Notes under the pieces: model-generated
Database searches by the model: none
What the model was told of the DNA's origin: nothing
What the model saw: the letters and a program-made list of their open reading frames with translations, nothing else
In this document: positions 44,301-56,900 of the stretch, in pieces
Position numbering within the stretch: the stretch's first letter is position 1
How the letters are laid out: every line of letters starts with the position of its first letter
Assembly (NCBI RefSeq): GCF_018977255.1
Contig: NW_024704745.1
Span: 10,602,001-10,666,000 of the forward strand
Origin: Callorhinchus milii
Lineage: Eukaryota
Direction of reading: 5' to 3'
DNA length: 64,000 bases
Position numbers and translations under genes: made by a program

Positions 44301-47300
44301 GAGTACAGAGGATGCAAAGTGTGGGGACAAACCTTCAACAACAGAAAATGAATGGAATGTCTCCCTTGTATTGCACAATGTAACTTTACAAGATTCAGGA
44401 GAATACACGTGTGAAATCACATCCAAGAGTTCAACGCAACTATTCACCAATATTCTAAAACTAGGTAAGTTCTTCATCAATTTTACAATCGATTATGCTT
44501 TAACTGTCTGCTTGATGAGTTACATCCTCTTGGTAAAGATTACAAGAAAAAGTGGGAAATGGAAGAAAAAGTGGGAATGCAGAGGACTGGGAAAATACAA
44601 AAGGCAACAAAAGGATACCAAGAAAGTAATAAGAGGAGCAAAAAGGGAGTATGAAAAAAAACTTGCAAGGGATATTAAAACCCATAGTAAAAGCCTTTAT
44701 AAATATATTAAGAGAAAGACAGTGGTCAAGGGGAATGTGGGTGAAATAGATGTAGGTGAGACTGTAATGGAAAATAAGTAAATGACTTGTTAAATAAATA
44801 CTTTGCTACTGTTTTTATTGTAGAGTATGAGGACATAATACCAGCCATACAGGGAAACCTAAAAATAAGTCAAAGTGAAATGCTCAATAAAATTGATATT
44901 AAAAAAAAGGTAATGGAGAAAATAATGAGACTCAAGATAAATAAATCTCCAGGACCTGATAGCTTCCACCCAGGGTGTTAAAGGAAATAGGAGAGGAAAT
45001 TGCAGATGCATTCGTCATAATTTTCCAAAGCTCACTAGATTCAGGAATTGTGCCCTTAGATTGGAAAATTGGGAATGTCAGTCCATTATTTAAGGAGGGA
45101 GAAATCAGGAAACTATAGAACTGTCAGCTTAACGTCAGTTGTAGGGAAAATACTGGAATCCATCATCAGGGACAGAGTGACTCAACACTTTGACAGGTAT
45201 GAGCTAGTCAAAAAGAGTCAGCATGGGTTTGTGAAACGTAGGTCATGTCTGACTAATCTAGTTGAATTTTTTGAGGAGGTCACTAAAATGGTAGATAAGA
45301 GAATGTCTATGGATGTTGTTTATATGGATTTTCAGAAGGCATTTGATAAGGTTCTGCACAAAAGATTATTAGCGAAAATGGAAGCGCATGGAGTCGGAGA
45401 TAACCTTGTGATGTTGCTTTGTAACTGGTTGGGGGGCAGGAAACAGAGAGTAGGGATAAAGGGAATGTTCCTTGATTGGTGGGATGTGGCAAGTGGTGTC
45501 CCCCAGGGTTCTGTACTGGGACCTCAGCTTCTTGCCATATATACAAATGACTTGGATGAAGGAATAGAAAGTTTTATATCCAAGTTTGCAGACGACATTA
45601 AGCTAGGAGGCTGGGTTCAATTCCCGGCAGGGCGAAACCTTGGGCAAGTTTCCTTACTCCACACGTCTAATAATAATCCCTCCAAAACCAAAAACAATAA
45701 TAAATTGGTCATTTTCAATCTACGACTGTTTGTGAGACATTGTTGTGCGCAATTGGCTGCCGCGTTCGCCCACAAATATACAGTCAATTCACTTTACAGT
45801 GTGTTCTGTGAAGCGCTTTGGGACGTCCTCTCGACGTGAAAAGCGCTATATCAAATGCAAGAATTATTATTATTATTATTACATGGGAACAGGAAGTTAC
45901 AAAGGGACTTACACAGATTAAGTGAGTGGGCAAAGCTATGGCAGATAGAATTCAATGTAGGTCATCAAACATGGATTGAAAAAAGATAAAGAAGAATATT
46001 TTCTTGATGGAGAGAGTCTAAGAACCGTGGAGGAGCAAAGTGATTTGGGTGTCCATATCAACAAATCACTAAAAAGTAGTTCCCAGGTGCAAAAAAGTAA
46101 TCAAAAAGGTGAATGGAACGTTGGCCTTTACTTAAGGGGCCTGGAATACAAAGGGGAATAAATGATGCTTCAGCTGTACAGAGCGATAGTCAGGCCCCAT
46201 CTGGAAACTGCGTTCAGTTTTGTGCACCGAAAGTTATATTGACCCTGGAGGGGGTACAGCTTAGGTACAAAAGAATGTTACCAGGCCTTAAAAGGTTAAG
46301 TTACGAGGAAAGGCTACACAAACTTAAGATTGTATTCCCTTGAGTTTAGATGGTTGAGGGGTGATTTGATTGAGGTGTTTAAGATGATGAAGGGATTCGA
46401 TAAGGTAGATACAGATAAGCTATTTCCTCTTGTGGGGGAATCCCAAACGAGGGGCATAATCTTAAAATTAGAACCAGGCCATTTAAGAGTGAAATCAGAA
46501 AGCATTTTTTCACTCAAAGGGTGGTAGAAATCTGGAACTCTCTCCCCCAAAAGGCTGTGGATGCTGGATCCATCGACACCTTCAAGAGTGAGGTTGATAG
46601 ATTTTTGGTAGGTCAGGGTATCAAGGGATATGGGGAAAGAGCGGGAAATTGGAATTGTCAAGATTAGTTGAGTTACAGATCAGCCATGATCTAATTGAAC
46701 AGGCTCGAACAGGCTCGAAGGGCTGAACGGCCTACTTCTATGTTCCTAATACTTTCCTGGTGTCCAAAAATTGAAATAGCTGTCCTGAAATTGCTGTTGG
46801 TAATTTTAAATCTATATCCTCTCATTCTGCTGTCTTGATCCTTCCTGAAGTATTGATGTGGGATTCCTTTTTCAATCCCATTTAAAATGTTATACACTTC
46901 TATAGGGTCCCCTCTGAGATGACTCCTTTCATCACAGAAGAGCCCTACCTTGTCTAATCCATACTCAAAGCTCATTCCTCTAACATTGGGAATCATCCTC
47001 ATTGCTCTCCTCTACACTGCCTCTAGGGCTGGGAAGACCCCTTGTATCCTGACAACCAGAACTGTATGCGGTACTTTAGGTGGGGTCTGACTAGAGTATG
47101 ATGTCTGGGGGAATCTGAACTCAACTGATTTGGCAAGATTGTCCGGAATCCTGTTGTTCCAGTCACATGGATGACAACAGTTTGGGCGATCGATCGATCG
47201 ATTGAGATTAATTATATTAGGATTCTCCCCATATTTAGGATGATGGTTAGGAATAAGTGTTGTGTGTAAAAGTACCTTTAAACTTTGTAGCCAAATACCT

Positions 47301-49013
47301 TTTGCATAACATGACTATGTTTCGGTTTTGTTTCAATTTTTGGCAGTGTTTGGATTTCTATATTGTTTGTTTAGTTGGGTGTGGTAAGATTTCTTGCTAC
47401 AAATTTTTGCATCTGCATTCTTTAGATATCCAAGCAGACCAATCTAACAGCTTTGTTTTTGAATTTTGTCTTGTCACAAACTTTGCCTCCTCGTGTGGAC
47501 AAGTTCTACCTGACTGTCTAGCTCAGCTCAGGCACCTGCGCAGATGATGTTAGCGCTACAGGATTGAGTACTTTCTCAGAATAGAGTCACACTTCTGGTC
47601 TAATTCCGAGTCAATTATAATTATGGAGACTGAATCGTTCTGTAGTTTTTTGCTGGAGTTTTTAATTGACAGAGTCCACAGATAATCAGAGATGACAGAT
47701 TTTACAGATTGTCTTCGATGCAGAAGCTTGAACGAAAAAAAATAACCTTAATAGGTCGAGGTTGACTGCTACCCTTGGACAGGTCTAACCTCCCAGTTCC
47801 CAGAGCAGCAGTCCATGCCTCTAGGCTGCTAAACATATTATTTTTCTCATTTTCCGTTGATTTGAGAACTACACCCTCTCAAACTCGATACTGCGATTTT
47901 CCATTTGAAACTTGTAACAATACTCAACGACATCCCATACAGACTCTCCTCAATTAAAAGAAAAATGACTTTTTCTACAGTCCTAATTACTATCTATAGA
48001 AATATCTATATTTGACCCAACTGTACAGCGCCTTGGGACGTCCTCCTGACGTGAAAGGCGCTCAATAAATGGAATCTTGTTGTTGTTGTTGTTATTGTTG
48101 TATGATTACAATGGAGTTTCCGATTAAAAGTGTCCCAAGCAAATTACTCAGATAACCAATAGTGCATGAAACCCCTGGATCCTGAAGGCCAATTGTCTTC
48201 TTTTATTGAATTTGTCTTTTTTCTGAAAATCAATAAATGTTCCTTTCCAATTTTCTCACTTTCCTTCTGAATGCATTCACTTACATTGGCACAGTTTTGT
48301 GCATCCCACAAGTGGCCCTTTTTTGCAGGTGATAGTAAGCAATGTCAGGTTCTGTGAACATAAGGGGCATCATAACGAAGCCCATTCTCTCCTCACTAAT
48401 GTCCACAGACAAACTTTCATCACATGAGGCCCTGAATTGGAATAAAACCCTCAGATGTTCCCCTTTCTTCTGGCTAAGAGATCCTAATCATGATTTTTAT
48501 GACCATGTTATAGGATGAGATAACTTATCACAAAACAAATTATTTGCACTTTGGAAAGTTGCAACTGATTCCCAACCTTGCCTATGAGAACCTTAATAAC
48601 ATTTCAGCAGTGATTTTCCCTTATTTCATGCACTTCTTAAAATTTTGTTTGTGATTTGTAATGTTTACAACTTGTATTCTAAATTACTTTTTACTAACAA
48701 GACTATCAATAACTGTACTAGTTCTGTTTTAAACATGTAAGTCGATTCAGCATTTGTTTGAAATTGATTAAAATGTACTTTGGCTGTTGAAGGTCAGACA
48801 CTTTCTGTTTCTAATGTAATTAACTGTGAAGTACTTAGAGACATTTCAACTTGATAAAGCTCTAAAAAAAAATCATGTTCTTCTTTTTCAGAAACATTAC
48901 CTATAATCGCTCCTGAGACATCAGAAAACCTGAGACATCACTACATAATTATTGCTTCTATTCTACTTGTATTATCATTAACTACTTTTGCTATTTTCTA
49001 TAAACCAAAATAA
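41337..49013 (+). CDS. HHLA2: HHLA2 / B7-H7 orthologue: leader, IgV, IgC, IgV, TM (370 aa)
   Basis: Exons 41337-41388 (MFHQIFSICIFLQISNS); 42334-42648 (IIHW, VHSFYRSTDQL, GRTKLF, GNGSL, DEGEYNCY, NKVPLKVG); 43183-43497 (SCSASGGYP, YKCNIKNDLLNQSWNGSWKM, resembling human YECTIENSLLKQTWTGRWTM); 44156-44464 (DSGEYTC); 48892-49013 (TM, YKPK*). Total 1113 nt, open, all phase 1. The V-C-V layout and adjacency to MYH15 and CIP2A fit HHLA2. Confidence 0.9.
42725..42860 (-). mobile_element. Penelope-like fragment with a degenerate hammerhead-like core in the HHLA2 V1-C intron
   Basis: Minus strand CTGACGAAGGATCGTGGACCTGAAAAGTTGACTCAC. Confidence 0.5.
44525..46752 (+). mobile_element. 5'-truncated, frameshifted CR1 LINE (RT and 3' end) in the HHLA2 V2-TM intron
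   Basis: NYRTVSLTSVVGKILE, QHGFVKRRSCLTNL, YMDFQKAFDKV, GVPQGSVLGP, KFADD, RGDLIEVFK; typical CR1 3' UTR. An inverted CR1 fragment follows at about 46760-47100. Confidence 0.95.
45611..45880 (+). mobile_element. Young 5'-truncated tRNA-SINE nested in the CR1 RT
   Basis: Inserted directly after FADDIKLGG. Confidence 0.95.
48260..48470 (-). mobile_element. Possible degenerate DNA-transposon ORF C-terminus (Cys-rich CXC-like)
   Basis: Frameshifted minus-strand peptides PLMFTEP and LLTITCKKG...CTKLCQCK*. Weak. Confidence 0.3.
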
Positions 49014-49710
49014 GGTAACACTGGCGTTGAATTAATTTATTGCTTATCAAGATATCAGGAAGAAGGGATTCTACCCACTTACCTTCTGTAAAACCCACAA
49101 GCCCCAAACTCTAACTCTAACAAGCAGCAGTAAACCTTGCATACCTTGCCATTATTCCTATATTGAGAGTAAATAGCACCAGATTATATGACCTTTGGGG
49201 AGCATTAAAGTTGGAACAGATCCTTTTCTTACCCGATGTCCACACGTACACTCACCAACAAGGGAGGTAAAGGAAAACTAGTTGATTTTCCCTTCATAGC
49301 ACAGGGGTTAATTATATGGCATCTATTCCCCCCCCTGGTTAAGATCCGCTATTTCAACAATGACCAAGGATTAAATCTGAAAGAATTCTCATCTGTGTTG
49401 CAGCAACACAAATACCCCTATAGATCCCTTTTATTTTACTGCAAAAATAATTGCTTATTGATGATAAGATGCTTTTCTGATGTTTTTTCAATAGTAATAA
49501 ATACAAGACATAATTAAACAATTGGTCTTTTATAGTAACATTTGCAGCAAAGAAAATTAAATGAATTTACTGTACCTGTACAGTGTATATTATCTATGTT
49601 ATGGTTTAAATTGTATTTTTACTTTGTATAGTGCCCTTCACGTGGAAATTTTTGTTTTTGTATGTAACAAAATTGTTGTTTTTAATCTAGTGATTATAAA
49701 TTATTTTGTA

Positions 49711-49716
49711 AATAAA
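49711..49716 (+). other. Candidate poly(A) signal of HHLA2
   Basis: AATAAA in AT-rich sequence downstream of the TM/stop exon. Confidence 0.35.
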
Positions 49717-50038
49717 CTTCCATTCAGATCTAACTGATCAATGAATTAAACTCAGGAATTAATTTGCACAAACAAAATTGCCAATGTTCTTTCCTATGTT
49801 GCTGTTCTTTTAATGAAAAACTCAACTTCCTCAAGTGGTCCCACAATCAGATTTTGCAGTTTGCTGCTACTGAAGAGGTTATGTATGTATGTTACAGTAA
49901 AGTTGTGGAACTATGGATTTCGTAAAATCTCTGAAATTTTCAGTAAAATCAAAAAGTATGAAATCACTGAAATTAGAAATTAGGGATTTCATGAAAAAGT
50001 GATCATTTCATCAAATTGATAACCTTGCCTTGACACTT

Positions 50039-50520
50039 GTTAGCATTATCAACAAATAAATAACACATTATGAAAATTAATATTTTATCCATCATAAACT
50101 TCATGTGACATTTCATTCACTGGTGAGTCAAATGTTGATTTGTTAACACAAGTGAGGCTTCGGTGACACCTGGAGTTACATTTTAGCTTTGAAGCATTTA
50201 CAATGTTTGGTCTGACATTTCTTCTGACTGCAGTTACACTTCGTAAAGCCTTGGCCACCACAAGCAAACTGTGCAATGACAGCTTCATGGAGTGACACAG
50301 GCTTCTCCTGGTAGTCGCAGGCGTCTGTTAACAATCGTTGTGGGCAGAGGTCAAATTGGTTCCTGGAATAGAGATCCCTCAGGATGCCGGCCTTCACTGC
50401 TGTCCTGTACTGGTCAGTGTCTGAATCTCTATTAATGATAACACCAAGGATGTTCCTGGGATTTCCCTCTACCCCTGTCCTGTCCACTGCTGGGATCACT
50501 TTTTCATGAAATCCCTGGTT
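50039..50520 (-). mobile_element. Ginger/KRBA2-SCAND3-type integrase C-terminal remnant
   Basis: IPAVDR...NPRNILGVI...LYSRNQFDLC...GGQGFTKCNC..KKCQTKHCKCFK, frameshift, then CNSRCHRSLTCVNK; TGTTA at 50038-50042 could be a terminus. Confidence 0.75.
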
Positions 50521-51029
50521 TCACAACTTTACTGTAATATGTATATATAAATGTACATTGTTGTTGCCTTGGTGATATTAGTTTAGCTCTGTAACATTAT
50601 GGTTGAAAACTGGCAAAAGTAAACTGCCCAAACCAGAAAACATCAGTGATTGCCTTTGCAACTTTATTTTAAAGTGTTACAAATCATATTTCAAATCTAA
50701 GTTTTTGGGGGATGTGATGGGAGTGCACAGCAGAGGGAAGAGTAATCAGTATCTTCCAAAATTATTTTGATCATTCTATGGTTTCTTGTAAACCAGTATT
50801 TAAATCAGATACTCAAAACTTCCTGTTCTCTGAAAATAACAGTGTCTTCAATGTCTTGTGATATGCCAAGAAAGTGAATATGAAGACAAGATTGGGCAAA
50901 TGTGAGGTTTTTATTACATGCAATGTCTCAGCCAATGCTCAAAATGCAATTCAAGAAGGGTAATTTACTGAGCCCAATGCTGTCTTTGTTCAATTGGCCA
51001 CTCCTCCAAACTCATGAGCCCATCATTTC

Positions 51030-51400
51030 TTTTGAACCACTAAACCACTTGCATGTTCATATTCGTTCTCACCTTCAAATTCCTCGTTTAGCACCACCCA
51101 ACCTCTGTGACCTCCTCAATCCCCACCGACTGGGCTACTCCCTTTGCTTCATGTCCCGACGTTCTGTCCCAACATCCGCGAGCGAGCTTTCAACCTATCT
51201 GCCCCTCTCTGCATCTCTCTCCCAGAAACCTCTGGATCAGTCCCTCTCTCACCTGGTTCAAGGTTAGTCTCAAGACCTATCTCTTTGACCATGATCTTTC
51301 CGTTCCCCACTCCCCCTCAGCTCCCACCTGGGTGCCAAGCTTTTATTGTTAAGTGCCTTGGGATGTCCTCCGATGTGAAAGGCATTATATAAATGTACTA
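51030..51400 (+). mobile_element. Degraded L2 3' end
   Basis: RAFNLSAP...SRPISLT region and the tail gatgtgaaaggcattatataaatgta. Confidence 0.7.
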
Positions 51401-53149
51401 TTGGATTTGCCTGATTTCAGCGTTCACCGTCTGATTATAAGGATGGAATTTATCCCAACATTTTATGAAGAATGTGGTACAAATTCCTCAACTCGGTAAC
51501 TTATTTTTATATTACATACCCAGAAAAGGACGGTACATATCAGTCAAAATATATTGTTAACAAAGATTAGCTTAATTTTAGTGATTAATGATCAATTTCA
51601 GCGACTTTTATATTGAAGAAATACACATAAAATGTGTTCATTATGCAGAGAATTGTTAAATAGCTGGAAGATGACTAGTTACTACAAAATAATACAGTGA
51701 AGTACAATGGTATTATATTGTTAGTGGATCATGTGCAATATCAGTGCTCGCCATTTCATTACAAATATTTATTTATAAAACCCTAAAAGCAAAATAAATC
51801 AGATTGCAGCATAAAAGCAAGTATAAATACATCGCTGCAGACAGTACAAAATAATCTTTATTTTGTTTTAAATGTAGCTATTACATAAAGAATTCATCAA
51901 TTATGTTAAATATTTCAGTGACCAGAACAGGGATTTTAGAGAACACATTGATGAAGAAATCCATTTCAGGTTTGCATTTCAGTGCAGAGAATTGTTGAAT
52001 AGTTGGATATATTTTGTGATATAGTACAATATAGTGTATGTTTCACCTATCAATACAATAAATTGGTAGGTGAAACATAGACAATATTTGGCTAAAATTT
52101 AGAGAACTTTGAGGTCCTGTATCAAATGCAAGAAGTATGATTATCTGGACTAGTAATTCCATCACAAATGTTTAAAACGCTCTGTGACGCTATGCTGCAA
52201 GAGGGGTAAATAAATGCAAGTTGTTGTTTAAAAATAACACCTCTATTTTTGAACCAATTGTGTCCCTGAGTACATTTGCCAAAAATCACAATAACAGATT
52301 TGGTTAACTTTTTTTTAAACAACATAGTTTGGTAGGTATGCATCGCCAATAGATTATTGTATACCAGGCAAATGAGAGATCATCACCTTTTTGATCAATT
52401 CAAATCTAGTCCCAGACTGATTGAATGTTTATTTCCTCTCCAGTGGGTGCGAGAATCCTAAACAAAATGAGGTGGGACTGTCCATCCTGGTCTTTTGTTA
52501 GTACAAGTCCACAGCACAACTGCCCAGAGTTGGGCAATAAATTGTTTTTCAGAGACTGCCAAATTGATAGTGTGGGAAATGGAAATGCTATTCTAGTGCA
52601 GGAGGAAGTATTATTTTGAGATTGGTTTAGAGAACATTGCAGAGAACTTTGCTATAGAGACAACTGGAGTGGAATTTATTGCTGACCTTGAAATATCCAA
52701 AAATAACATACTCCATTCTCCAGCATTAAACATCTCTTAAGATGAACACAAAATACACTTTATTTTAAAAAGACAAAAATATTGGACATTTGTAAAAATA
52801 AAATCTTCCCGTATTCACGACTGTTGTATGACCATGATTTGCATTCAACATTGAGCAGATTTTAAATAACACTGTTTATTTTCTTTGTTAGATAAAAGAG
52901 AGCAAAGCTGCACCATCACCTAAAAACTGGACAAAGAAGATGGTTATATACAGCATGTACAGAGATATATATTCAAGACACTTGGTTAAAATTCACCAAG
53001 TCTACAGGAATAAAATTTAAGTGACAAAATTGGATTATCAATCATTTCAAGTGACTTTCATTCATGTCCGAGTCATGAAAAAGTGTTGGCAAGCTATCAG
53101 ACCGTGATAAACTTTACAGCTGAGCCCTATCCCGTTCTGACTGCCAAAC

Positions 53150-53735
53150 AATCACACCTTCTATGGCTATCCTGCTCTGGCGGATAATAGCTAACAGCAC
53201 CCCCGGTAGGGGCTTCTGTGGCAGTCTTGGTAGTCGGTTCCTGAGCCAGGCAGGTCCGCAGTATTCCAGGGCACTGCTGATGACAGCACAGGACTTCGAC
53301 TCATCGGCAGGACTTGGAAGGGCAGACCAGTCACGGAGGGCAGGAAATCATCCCACTCAGGTCCTGTTAACCCTGCAAGCCAAAGTCCTAATGGTACGGT
53401 TGTCCAAGCTGGACAAGCAGCAAGAAAGCTTGCCAGAAAACAATATCAATGTGATTTTAGCTGGTTAAACTCCAGCAGTGCACCAAAACACACTCTGGGG
53501 TCCCCAAGCCTTGGCTCTTGCCAACCTGCACCTAATGCTTTCTGGAATTAGGTAAGCAGGATGCGACTCTCCAGGGAGAGAGTGCGTATTCCATTCCTAC
53601 AATCTATCTCTAGAATTTCCTTGTGTGAATCCTTCCTGATTCAGGTGGGATGCATGGAATTCTCAATTTGGTTTGGATACTCTTAAGCATAGTGATGGGT
53701 TTCCATATGTGTCAGACGCCTGGCTGACCAAAAAA
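53150..53735 (-). repeat. Unclassified dispersed repeat of about 0.6 kb, longest copy, in the CIP2A 3' region
   Basis: The minus strand starts TTTTTTTTTGGTCAGCCAGGCGTCTGACACATATGGAAACCCATCAC. Related pieces lie at 3272-3640, 25672-25710, 32598-33110 and 41926-41995. Confidence 0.75.
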
Positions 53736-53966
53736 AAAGCAGAAACCAGAATTTGAATTAATCTCTCTTCTGACCTGTATGTTTACTTATATGTTAGGAG
53801 GTTCTTTTTCCCACAAGACCATTAGGGAACTGGCTACAAATATTTCACTGAGAATAAATATGTAGTTCCAATCCCACAGAGTATAGGGTATTAGGTCTGC
53901 TAACTGCAAGGCAAAATCAATTCTATTTCTATGAATAATTAGATTGAAATATCATAAAAGCAAAGG

Positions 53967-56900
53967 CTACAAGTTGAGATTTACAGTATTTGTTTGTACT
54001 TTGCCACCACTCAGACTGTGAATCATTGCTATCATATGTGAGTGCTTGCCAAGTTCCTCCTCTTGAACTTTAAGAAGAGCTTCCTTTTCTTTCAAACGTC
54101 CCTCCAACTGTATCTTCTGTACCTCTAAGGACGAAACCTGTGGGGTACAAGACAGAATAAATATATATGGGGTGCACATATTGAGGTAGGTGCGAGGAAC
54201 AAAGTTTTGACCCGGAGCCGGTAACTTCGGAAGCGACAAATGCGATAGTGCCGTTGCAAGTTATACGATTGGTAATATGACCAACAATCATATTAACTAG
54301 TGCGGATAAATTTAAGTGGATGTATCAGGAAATCCAACAGGACTTGTGCAGATGTATGACTTAGGCGATTTATACAAATCAGACTTATGCAAGTTTTACC
54401 GTACATACAATCCTTTCCAAAAAAAATAACATACAGCTGAGAACAAACATATAAACTAGATTGGTGAGTGCAGAATTGAAGGACACAAAATTCTCATTAG
54501 GACTGAAAACTGGATTAAAAACAACACAAGATTACAAATAAATGTAATTTACCTTAATGCTGAGCTCTTTTCTTGTTAATTCTGTCTTACTCAGTTCTTT
54601 TCTAAGAATGTCAATAGTTTCTTCCATGTCATTTTTTTCTTTCTCCATCTTTTTTGCCTTTTCCTCTTGTGCCTTGATCTTTTGTTGCAAACCTGTCAAA
54701 GAATAGATTAATCTTAATTTATTTAAATGAATAGATAAATTAATAATAATAATCCTTGCATTTGATATAGGGCCTAATCACGTCTTCGAGAAACGTGGCA
54801 GCCAATTGCGCACAGCAGTGTCCTACAAACCGTCATGGTTTGATGTGACTAATTTATTTTTTTAAGGAATTATTACCCCTGGAAAAGCAATCCGCCAATT
54901 GACTAAAAAACGGGTTCCTACTTACTGCTAGGTAAAGAGGCGTGTAGAGTAAGGAAACTTGCCCAACATTTCCATCCCCCTGGGAATCGAACCCAGGTCT
55001 CACTTGCGAGGCGAGTGCTTTAACCACTGAGCTACAGGACTCTACGAGCTACAGTTCAAAATTAATATATAGTGAGAATCTTCTAATCATAGATTTTTAG
55101 TATTCCATTAATCTCCAGAAAAACACTGAAGCAAAATTATACCTTATGAAAACGGGATTAAAGCTAAAGGTTCCTATTTATATTAAATGGCAATGGTAAT
55201 TAAATGTTCATGTCCCATCCTTCAGATGATGTTAAAGATTCCATGGCAATATTTGAAAAGAGTTTCTCTCAGTGTCTTTGGGAAACATTTCCAGACAAAA
55301 TTGATCCCACAGCAGTTTGGTACATCACCCAGTTCAAATTTGCTGCCCAGTTTGCCTACAAAATACAGTAAATCCTGTGAAGCACTTTGAAATGTGCTGC
55401 GAAAGGTGTTTTATCAAATGCAAGGAGTATTATTTTAGCATTTTCAATGAACTCAACCAGCAAGCTACAAAATCAAAACACAAGTCCTTACCTAATGTTT
55501 TGTTGTCCTTTTCCTGTATCTGCTTGCATAATTCATTCCTCTGCCCTTCAAACTCTTTCATTTGAAGAATACATCTAAAATTATAAAATATTTATGTTAT
55601 GATGAAACATTTGTACAACTTATCTACGACAGGTAACAAATAACTGTTTCCTCTTTCCGCCCTCATATCTGTGGAAATGGAATTTACAGATTAAGCTTTA
55701 ATAAACTAACAAGTTAATGAAAATCCACAAGTGCATAAATTCTGTAGAATTAGTATATTAAATGCATTTGTAAATCCATGTACAAATATATGCACAATTT
55801 GCTGAAATCTGTTAAAATCGATAAATCTGATTTTTCAGCATCATGGAATTAGATTAAAATTCTTACATTTTATGGAGACCCAGACCCACTGCTTATTAAC
55901 CAATAGCATAATACTACATCATTTGAATTCATAATAAGACCCTTGATTTGACACTGACAAATTGTCATATTGCAACATTGGAAAAGCAGTCAAATACAAA
56001 TACACTCGTGCAATTTGCTTGATATCACATCACAATGTCTAGAATTTTTAAACTCAACTAAAATTCTGTATATTTCTTGCAAGTCACTGAATTTACAATG
56101 TTCAGAGTAATTGGCCTCATGCCTTCCTTCTTCTGTCACAGGACCAGTTATCCAGTTGAAGAGATTGTCATATATGTTTTATTTATTATTTTAGCTGAAC
56201 GCAAGAAATGAGAACTTTAAGAAACAAGGCAAAAAAACACGAGAAATCTTAAATCGTTTGATCTTTATATACTAAATCTGGTCACAAACCAAGAAACGGA
56301 CTTACTTGTCATTCTGTTGTTTAAGGGAATCATGACGTTTCTTAAGCGTTTCGGTTTGTTTGTTTAAAGAGCTGTGTTCAGTCTGAAGTTCTTTTAGCTG
56401 TCTTTCAACAGTCTCAAGTCTAAAAATATATTGATGTAAATATAAAAATCTTCAAATATTGATCAAGCAAATACTGATACGTTATACATGCATGAGATTA
56501 GCGAAAAAATTAAACTGTAGATCATTTTTCTTATCCATTTAGCAATAATGTAAGTAGAGCTGCAATTCACTAGGTGGAAATATGAAGGGTAACTGCTCTG
56601 TAAATTGCACAGAGATGCAAATCACACTGTGCAACATGCAACACATTTCCTAAAACCTAAAATATATCTCAGGAACAATAATCCATCAAAAATATAGCAG
56701 GCATGGTTTGGGTTACAGTGAAAGTTTTGAAGAATGTATTGTTAAAGGCCGTTTCACTAAACTGGAAAAGTAAAACCTGTAGTAATCAATGAAGTGGTAA
56801 TCCTCCACATCTATTCTCTCTCACTGCCAATTTTAGGTCAATATTCCCCCTACAGGTCATTTTATTCCTCAATTGCATTGTATCATTCCATGTCTCCACT

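Noticed and set aside
42334-44464. VTCN1 (B7-H4), CD276 or NCR3LG1 as alternative identity
   Set aside because: The V-C-V layout, the LLNQSWNGSW motif and synteny favour HHLA2.
47099-47560. Solo LTR (TG...CA)
   Set aside because: No target-site duplication, PBS/PPT or second copy.
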